DNA of 61,573 bases, filler included, from Sphacelaria rigidula (taxonomy: Eukaryota), in NCBI GenBank assembly GCA_964200075.2. It is 8 parts of 8 records of this genome, joined end to end, with 100 filler letters (N's around TTAATTAATTAA, not from the genome) between each part and the next. Parts side by side here need not be neighbours in the genome. Positions count along the whole stretch, not along the records: positions 46,256 to 53,864 come from CAXNAA020014109.1; positions 53,965 to 61,573 come from CAXNAA020014110.1; 6 more parts are not named here. One strand, written 5' to 3'. Position numbers and translations under genes: made by a program. The notes under the pieces were generated by a model that made no database searches, was not told the DNA's origin, and saw nothing but the letters and a program-made list of their open reading frames with translations. This document shows positions 53,072 to 61,573 of the stretch, one piece after another; position 1 is the stretch's first letter; every line of letters starts with the position of its first letter.

Positions 53072-53863
53072 TCAACTAGAGGGGGCGGACACTCGCAACT
53101 CGAACTTCACGTCGCCATCCTCTCCAGACACCAACCCATTTCGCACTGCCGTATTGGATGGGGATTTCATCGGCCCCACTCTGCGTAGCCGCTTGGCACT
53201 TTTCCTTGCACTGGCGTTACTTCTACCGCAGTTCCTGTCTATGATGTCGCTGGGTATGCGGTTGGCGATGCTTCTGTGCACAATAGATCGCGTAGCACCT
53301 AGTCCGTTGCTCGTTGCTGTCTCTTCACAACCACGCGTCGGAGGGAGAGTCATCTCCATCTTCACCTTCATGCGCGACGCTGCCCGATCCAAACAAAATT
53401 CATCAGCTGACGCAGCGCCTGCGTGCTGTCCCGAGCCAGCAGGCGGCGTGGTAGTGAAATTCACGCCACCTCGACTGGCACGATTGGCACACGACCTGCG
53501 AAGAGTACCAAGGTGATGACCACCGCAGCTTGCGTTGCGACCGGCACCATGCGGATGGTTGAGGTTGCTAATATCTTCCTTGCGGCACCGTGTGCCGTTT
53601 ACAACGACCATGCCCGCCACAGCATGAGTTGCGCAGAACTCCGCTGTTCGGCTACCCGCTACACCAAATGACGGCCATGTGGAGCAGCCCTCTTCGCCGC
53701 ACACCTTGCTTCTTACATTGACCATGCCCTTCCGAGCGTGCGTGGCGCAGAACTCCACCTTTTTGCCACCGGCCACACCGAATGACGCTCGTGTGGAGCA
53801 TCCTTCTTGCTCACACATCTTGCTTCTTACATCGACCATGCCGCCGCGAGCATGTTCAGCGCA
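53072..53863 (-). CDS. EsV-1-7 cysteine-rich repeat protein, 5' end missing
   Basis: Repeats C-x4-C-x4-F(G)-x8-FC-x2-H-x3-GM(V): CEQEGCSTRASFGVAGGKKVEFCATHARKGMVNV and CGEEGCSTWPSFGVAGSRTAEFCATHAVAGMVVV. The frame stays open to the contig end (CAEHARGG), and a low-complexity C-terminus runs to the stop at 53072. Confidence 0.88.
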   Translation of the reverse strand, partial: CAEHARGGMVDVRSKMCEQEGCSTRASFGVAGGKKVEFCATHARKGMVNVRSKVCGEEGCSTWPSFGVAGSRTAEFCATHAVAGMVVVNGTRCRKEDISNLNHPHGAGRNASCGGHHLGTLRRSCANRASRGGVNFTTTPPAGSGQHAGAASADEFCLDRAASRMKVKMEMTLPPTRGCEETATSNGLGATRSIVHRSIANRIPSDIIDRNCGRSNASARKSAKRLRRVGPMKSPSNTAVRNGLVSGEDGDVKFELRVSAPSS

Positions 53864-55223
53864 GNNNNNNNNNNNNNNNNNNNNNNNNNNNNNNNNNNNN
53901 NNNNNNNNTTAATTAATTAANNNNNNNNNNNNNNNNNNNNNNNNNNNNNNNNNNNNNNNNNNNNATCAGCCGCTGTATGGCAATTTTATTCGTGACACTT
54001 TTAGCTGGTTTTGGGGGGGGCTATCGTAGAAAGTGTCGTAGTCGCTTGTGGATAAATGCCGAAATCACGCATGGAAAGTGATCCTAAAGTAATTGTTGTT
54101 TTGCTTGTCACTCAGTATGTACACATGTACAGGTGCTCTACACGATACGGTGTCTCAGTACGAAAGTCCGGCTACAAGCACCCGTTGACAGAACATTATA
54201 GGCAGCAATCCTTTTTGCGTACTACCCGCGACGAGAAGAAGTTTTTCCAAGCATAATGCCAGTGCGACAGCGACGCCTGTTGCAGAATTTAGTCAGTCGA
54301 CAACAAGCATATATCCCATGGTCACACTGTCTTCGTGTTTCAAGCTTGTGCCATGTGCTAGCGGAATAGGCCGGGATGGTCTGTGTGAGAAGCCAAAGCA
54401 CCCTGCTCGTCAGTGAGCATGTACCCCCGCAAGGGGTTCGCCACTTGATCGCCGTGAAGGCTATCGTCGCGTGCTTAATCCGCCCTTCTTGTTGGCGTAC
54501 GCGATATTTCCGTTTGTTTTGTCTGTGAGCTGACCTACCCACTAACGGATCTGAGTTAGTTGCGATGCTGTGGTGCCGCGTCTCGCACGAAATCGACTGG
54601 TTCGCCCCAAGAATGTATTGGACGCGAAACCATTGCGCTCTCAATCTTGACTTCAGGACGGGTAATGTAAGTCGGCCTTCACTGGGTGGCACGGTTTCCT
54701 CGCGTATTTTTGCACCCACTGGTGCTGGTATATGATTGTTCTGGCTTGATCGGTATGCCTTACATTAATGTGATATAAGAACAACAGTCTCATCGTTACC
54801 CATGAAGGATTGCGCATTAGCCGCCGAAGACTCAAGACAAAATTGAATTTCAGGTACTGTACCGACCACGTTCCACGGAAATCCGCACAAGTTGAGTAGT
54901 TTACCGCCTTTCGGAGTAGAGGCTATTTCTCTACGACCTACCGTATTCCACTAAATGTCTGCACAGGAAACTCTACGCTTTCACCTGCCAAGCCTTTGCG
55001 CTCCCTCTGCCGTCTTGCACGTCTTTTTACCGAAGTTGAAGGAGTGTGGTAATAATGTCGAAAACTGAGCAAGTCGCCTGAAAAGATCGGGAGAGAAAAA
55101 CCGTACTCATGTGAACCTTACTAGTACAGCGGAGGCGAAGTACTGTGCAGCCATATCGCCATCATTTGTGGGTTGTGCCACTGACAATTCCAACGTTATA
55201 CGTATATATTACGAGTGTTCGTA

Positions 55224-55254
<31 letters not shown>

Positions 55255-55724
55255 TATTGAACGGCATGAAGAAGTTGATGAACAATATCTAAGCGTCATG
55301 AAGTTGATGGAGAGTATCTAAACGTTAGATTTGGAAAATTTGCCGCAGGATCATTCCTAGTGATAGCTGAATCAATGGAAAGCAACACCATGGGTGATGA
55401 CGCTCGCATGACAGTGGTTGCACTGTAGAGGCTGGTATCTAATCATGGTTGTATATCTGACCAACGACTGATGGCTCACGTCGCGCCCCCACCCCCCCTC
55501 CTTGCTCCGTTCACGCCGTTTTCCACCACCGCCTGGCATCACGACCATCTTCATCCCTATCCTGGCGGCGACATGATCATTACGCTAACGGATGGATTAT
55601 CGCGAAACAAAATGGAAAAAAAAAAAACCTCGTGCGGAAAAAACAAAACACAACCGAAAACCGCCGAAGACACCTCCAACATGGGAAGACTTCCCAACAT
55701 TCGCGAACAAACAGCACACGCCGA

Positions 55725-58700
55725 TGTCGTCGTCGTCGTCGTCGGGCTACTCTCCGCACCACCCCAACACCGCTATCAAGGCGCTACCATCGAGCGGTCA
55801 GCAACAAACATCTCTTATGAATCTTTCGGGAGCGATGGGAAGATCCAGTGTTTTCGCACTTCCCCTCATGCGTGGAGATCGCCCACAGTTGCCAGCTTTC
55901 GGTTCGCCGTGCCTGGCCGGTGGGCCGCAGATGAACAGCGGCAAGCAGTCGCTAGGGGGACTCTTGGGTGTTGGCTCTTTCTCCTCGAGCCATGGCGGGG
56001 AGAGCGATCTACAAGGTATTCTGTTATTGTAGACATGGACCGAATTGCTAGACTCATCTGAAAACGCCGAAACCTACTGAATGCAATGTATTCATCCACA
56101 GTGTATCTTGGAACCCAAACCTGTGCCCTTCATTGCTTCAACGTATGTCGGGGGGAAACAGAGACGGGTTCGGATTCGTAGCGTATCCGTTGTTGTGCGG
56201 CAATCAGTCAATCCGTTAGAGGGTCACTCGGAAAAGAAGAACATGATAACTGGAATGAACTCGCGCGATTCATCTGTAGAAAATATTCACTTTGATATGC
56301 TTATCCAAATACCACGCAAGTCTAGTCTCACAAGCTGTCACTCCAAGAGTCTTTGTGAAACAGAACATGAGAGGAACGGCATGCTGTGCTGTGCGTTCTG
56401 CTAGCGCGCTCACTCATGTTCGACCAGGCGTAAGGCTCGAGGTTGGTTCCGTGTCTCGAGCGAGGGCTACTATAGCGATTCATATGCTTCGACCAAAAGC
56501 AGGAATACACGCAACCGTAGTTCATGTCTCGCGAACGGCAAGGGTCGGAAAGAGCACCGATCCCCACGCCGTGGAAATAAATCACGAGCACATATTCAAT
56601 GACAGAACCGTACCAGTCACTCACCATGTGAGGCCACAGAAAACTAAATCGGTTGCACACAATATTTCGAGCTACTCACTAGCGGGCAAAGCTTGTTCGT
56701 GTCAGCACAAAAGGACCATCGCAATGACCATTTTGATTCTTAAACCGGTCCTCGGACTTTGTTTATGAAAATAAAAGCTGTTCCTAAATATAGTTCTAAG
56801 GTACTCGTGTCATTTATTTTTCTAACGGTCTTCGCCGGCGAATGTTCCCGCCACTGCGTCGCATGTGATGAGTAACTCGATCTGATCTGCACATACATAC
56901 GAAATACCTCGCCTTGGTTGCAAAATCCCCGAAAGCTTTGCCGTGTCGTGCCGAAGGAGTGACAAGGATGGAAAACCGCGCCTCCCTGTATGTCGATGTA
57001 ACGTGTACTCGTAGCCGCGGCGAGCAATCCTGGGGGAAGCATGTCGTCGGGAGGCGCCTCGATGCCCTCACTGTCCTCAATGATGAACCACAGCGGCCAA
57101 GGATCGCTTGCCGCTTGGCACGCTAGTGGAGGCGGGGAGGTCGGGGGTAAGGATGGAGGTGGAGGGGATCGCGCCTTGGGAAGTTGCGTCAAGGTACTCT
57201 TGAGTGGGCCATAGGGATGCATATGCCAAGTATTGTCTTGATACGGGACTTCTCTCATAGTTTCCTTGCGCACACCGTTGTACTCGCGACGCTACGGAAA
57301 TGTACTTGCTCGCAAACACACAACAGCCACAGCCTACCATCATGCTGTACAAGTGTACTGTACAAACGAGTAAAAAGAACACCGTTGGTACTAAAATTGC
57401 TGAAGGTAACCTCCAGTCATAATTTCACGTTGTGATTTACTTTCGTGGAAATCTATATAGTAAAGCAATACCATGCATTCGGGTACCGTCTGAGACCAAT
57501 AATTCAGGGTGACCGGCACGTGTTGTCTGTCCGATACTACATTGAAAATAGACGCCCTTCGATGTGTACAACGTACTTAAATTTCTTGGTACTTTCCCGT
57601 TCCGCATGCTACTGTATCGAGCGCGTCTCCCCCAGCTCCCTAGAGATGTGCGATTGCTATGCTGTTGTCATAAGGTTGAAAGACGATTATCGCCATGCCT
57701 TCGCAGGCCCGTGGATTTGGTACTTGACACCTTGTTTTGAGAGGTATCTTGTGAGGGTTGCACATATGATCTGTCGAATTAGGGATATTAGGGATAGGCT
57801 ACAGTTCACTTGCAATCTCGAAAAGAAATTTACTGGAAGTCACTCAATACGGCAAGACGAGTGACAGCCCATTGGGCGAGCGATATGAAACAAGAGAGGA
57901 CATGAATCCTGTCATTGAAGAAGACCTTTAACTAACCTTCAGCGTGACTAAGGGGACATTGCTACGAAGGGCGTTATCCGGCTATCAGATATAGCTGCTA
58001 GCTGTGAGATACAGCTGGGCTGATCTGCATCGAGCACGAAGTACTTGGCTAGTGAACATCAGTGCAATGTAACCACTTTACTCTGTCCCGTAGTAGTCAT
58101 GACAAAAGGACTACACCAGTGGCAACTCCACGCATAGAAACGCCTCATCTGCGTGAACATGGAAACATACCTCTTTTCAAGACTCGCGACCGTTGACTTT
58201 CCCGTTTTCAGTGGGCAGCTGAGACCTACCCTTACGCACGTCTCAATTTTACGCCATCCATGAATCTGTCCAGCCTCTCAAGCAGTCATGCCCTCCTGCC
58301 TATGTAGACTGTGTTGCTGTCATCAACCATCCACAGTTCAGCTTTTTATTTTGATCTTTGCGTTCTCCGCCGTGCTCACGGCACGCGACACTTGCCCGAA
58401 ACTTCATGTATGGGCACTTGTTTCCTGCGTCGAGAAATATGCCGAATTCGTCCCATGAGCAAATTAGGGGAGTGCCCGTTGCACATGTGGCAAAGCTGAA
58501 ATGATCCCATCCCGACCGCCTTACATCTTTGGGCGATACCCGCAGGCCGAAAGCACAGCGGCCAGAAGCGTACCCAACATTGGCGACGACACGCAACCAT
58601 CCGCGCACAATCCTGCCCGGAAACCTCCCTCGAACTACAACAACCGAAAGGGTAGTCGCCACCGCCTGACCCCTCAGGCCAAGAGTATCTTGGAAACATG

Positions 58701-60538
58701 GCTGGCCAAGCATTGGCTCAATCCATACCCCACCGAGGACGAGAAAACGTATCTGGCTTCGGCGTGTAGTATCACCGTCACTCAGGTAGGAAAGAGAATC
58801 CCTTTTGCGTCACTTGTTCTAATATTTGCCCCAGTCACTTGGGCGTCACGGTGTGTGCGGTTCGCTGCGGTGCCTATCGTCGCACCGTGCTACGGTATGT
58901 TTGGATGATCTGGATAGATGATATTTTGTGGGTTTCACGGCAATTCTGTTGCTGGAGTTTCAGGTAGAAACCGAATGACATCAGGTTTTGTTCCTGGAAT
59001 ACTGTATCACCGTAAAGCCCAAGTATTATAGGCGTTTTCGATTTGTGATGTGCTTTAAACGGTAGGCGTCTGTATCTCATCCGTTTGAGTCAGCACTGCA
59101 CGGTATCTGAGCGGGAGCAGCTATTTTCGCTGGAGTTCGTCTTGTAAGCTCCGGAGACGAATTTTCGAGTCAAGCGGCGGGACTAGCCTATCTTCATGTT
59201 TTGGGATAGCTCGGCAGATAAAATTCACCTGTGGGTGCGTTCCTGTTTCTTACATTTTGCAAATGTCTGTATCCGAAGTGATGCGGTGGCGTGGCATAAA
59301 GGCATTCATTGGATGGACAGAGAACTTGACGCTTTGCGAGCGGTGCTTGCTGTCGAAGCAGGAAGTGTTTTCTAAAGGAATGTATTACGAATCTATAAGA
59401 AGGGCAAATAACAGTGGGTTCTCGAAAATGGGGTTGAAACAAAAAATTAGGTTAAACTCAAAAGCCGTGCTTTCGCTGACCTAACTTCGTGACAAATGAC
59501 TTTCATGCGGACGACCTCATTCCTCCCGACCTCCCTAAAACTATTTCCGGGTATTTTCAGCCTTCCGCTCCCTCGAAGGGTATGTGCAAAAGGCACACTT
59601 TTGCCTCGATTTCGGGGTGAAAAAAGGACGTTTTGTTTTGCTCAAAATCGTGCTTTCGCACATACCCTTTGGGGAAACGGAAGGCTAAAAATCCCCCGAA
59701 ATAGTCTTAGGTGGGTCGGGAGGGATGGGCTCGTCCGTATGAAAATCATTTGTCATAAACTTAGGTCACGGAAAGCACGGCTTTTGAGTTGTACTCCGTT
59801 TTTATTTTCAACCCCATTTTCGAGAGTCCACTGTCAAATGTACCTATGTGACTGCTCCGCAAGACACCGCTGATATTGAGTCCTATCAATATCAACGTGA
59901 TTTTTTCACTTGATTTAAACGAAGCAAAGACCCCGAAAAATTCCGGCGGAAATTCTGAGACGATCACTGCTGCCCGGTCCATCGCAAGCATGACTTTCCT
60001 GCAGCAACGGTGATTCGAAGGTGATCACCTGTGCTGCGTGCGATGTTTCGTTTGACAGGTGAACAACTGGATGATGAACGTTAGGGTCCGAAGGTGCCGC
60101 ACTAAGAAGATTGGTGTAGCGACCGGCCCCGAACAAATAACCTACCCTACCAAGAAATCGAAAGCGACGGCGATGAACAAGGCTTGCGCTAGCCCGCGTG
60201 CGAAGCGGAACAAGTGCAACGACCAGGAAAACATCGCTAGCAACCAGTCGATCACGGCTACTGACCTGCTGGAGGGAGCTACTGCTCAAAGTAACGGCCG
60301 ACACCCCAACAACAGTAACGACTCTGATCGCAACGACGACATTCTGCCCGATCTATCGCAGTCGCAACATTGCGATGGCAGCAACAGGGACGGTCACAAC
60401 GCCAATGGCGACGGGCAGCACGAGATATTCCCAGGAAAAACCGAGTTCACTGACGATCAACCACCGTGTGGGTACGACCATCAGTCCAGCGGCTACCAAA
60501 GTCCTGTTGGCGTCACGGCTACACCTTGGCACACAGAC
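55725..60538 (+). CDS. TALE-superclass homeodomain transcription factor, multi-exon, ends uncertain
   Basis: Phase-compatible exons about 55670/55725-56015, 57015-57193, 58546-58785 and 60059-60538 (donor GAC|GTGAGT; the frame alternatively stops at 60553). Spliced homeodomain: RKGSRHRLTPQAKSILETWLAKHWLNPYPTEDEKTYLASACSITVTQ|VNNWMMNVRVRR, with the 3-aa loop extension and PYP. Confidence 0.9.
59412..59833. mobile_element. Palindromic MITE (422 bp) inside the homeobox intron
   Basis: CAGTGG.TTCTCGAAAATGGGGTTGAAA...TTTCAACCCCATTTTCGAGAGTCCACTG with arms of about 190 bp. Flanks GCAAATAA / TCAAATGT resemble a degenerate 8-bp TSD. Confidence 0.85.
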
Positions 60539-61573
60539 GTGAGTAGTTGTTGAACTGGGACGTACCAGCGATTGCGGTGTTCACTCCTTCCCTCCACGAA
60601 ATATAATTCAAACTCTCGGTGCTGAGCACTGACCCTTCCAACTTGAGAACACAGCAACTCTACAGGTCAACTTGCAATTTCGACTCATTCTGTCAGACTA
60701 CTTCCAACTGAAGAGTTTTTTTTGTGCTTTCTGAACGGGCCTTAAATAGCAGACAGCTTTAGACACCGTTCGCTTGGCCGACGATTGCCTCTCGTCTGGC
60801 TACCTGCAAGTATTGCCATTGCCTGCGATATGCAGCTTTAGAGCGTGACTCAACTAGAGTTTTTTCTCGAAAATCTCTGCAAAGGTGCTTAGGACAAGGT
60901 ATTTGACAAAAACTAATATGTTCGGCAGCTAATACCCCGGTACTCTAGATGTATTCAGTAGTTTAGCGCTCGATACTCCAGGGACTCGGAGGGTACTGAG
61001 TGCCATATTGAGTCGCCCAGTGCTAAACTGAATATTCGGGCGGGCGGGCGTGTACTCCACGTAGTCGGGGCACTGAGTACTATTTTGAGCACTCCAAGCA
61101 GCAGACTGGGTATGCTGTGGTGGGATCTCCAGATATTCTGAAGTACTCTCCAAAGCACCTATGCATTCCTTGTGTGTTGCGAATAATTTTATGATTCTAT
61201 GGGCGTAAAAGCCATATCGCTTGGCACATCCCACTCCCTGTTGGCACATGCAGGCTGGTCGTTCACTAGTAAACCGGGGTATTTCTGACACCAGGGTTGG
61301 TCGCGTTTCACTCTGAGCCAAATGTTGATGAAATGTTTTTCCAGACCGCGAACACGAGGAATCATACATACAAAACTCGCAATCAAGATTTTTGGCCCCA
61401 CGTTTCCAAAGCAGGAATAGTAGGCGATTGGCGATACAGTAGGCAGTGGCTCCGTTGAGGACAACGATCAAGGCCCCGTTCCCGGTTAGACACCCATGCG
61501 GCAGTGTAAAAGCCGTGGCTGTGTCTGGAAGTGGCGATACCACAAAATAAAGCAACTCATCGTTGGCTGTCAT

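Noticed and set aside
55725-60538. Assigning the symbol ORO or SAM
   Set aside because: Orthology cannot be established without alignment, and the WMMN helix is atypical.
60929-61573. 214-aa minus-strand ORF
   Set aside because: No recognisable domain; it lies antisense to the probable continuation of the TALE gene and partly over GTACTC/GAGTAC-rich repeat-like DNA.

Overview
Eukaryotic, intron-rich and repeat-rich DNA, most likely from a brown alga (Phaeophyceae), judging by an EsV-1-7 repeat gene, short exons in long GT-AG introns and the repeat content. It is not one locus. Eight unrelated contigs of about 7.6 kb (1-7610, 7711-15319, 15420-23028, 23129-30737, 30838-38446, 38547-46155, 46256-53864, 53965-61573) are joined by artificial N44-TTAATTAATTAA-N44 linkers. 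Genes reconstructed by hand from splice sites, all partial: a 7-exon NhaC-family Na+/H+ antiporter-like transporter (contig 1, minus); a 4-exon WW-domain protein (contig 5, minus); the first exon of a probable secreted protein (contig 6, minus); an EsV-1-7 Cys-repeat protein (contig 7, minus); and a TALE-class homeodomain transcription factor with an atypical WMMN recognition helix (contig 8, plus). The rest is mobile DNA: a decayed chromodomain-bearing Ty3/Gypsy element with both LTRs and a 4-bp TSD, three pieces of one LINE family, two tRNA-derived SINE families, hAT remnants, several palindromic MITEs, a foldback-like element and tandem repeats. I found no supportable novel multi-gene system. 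The most interesting items are the divergent TALE gene, the Asp-to-Asn change in the NhaC motif and the RT-deleted retroelements.
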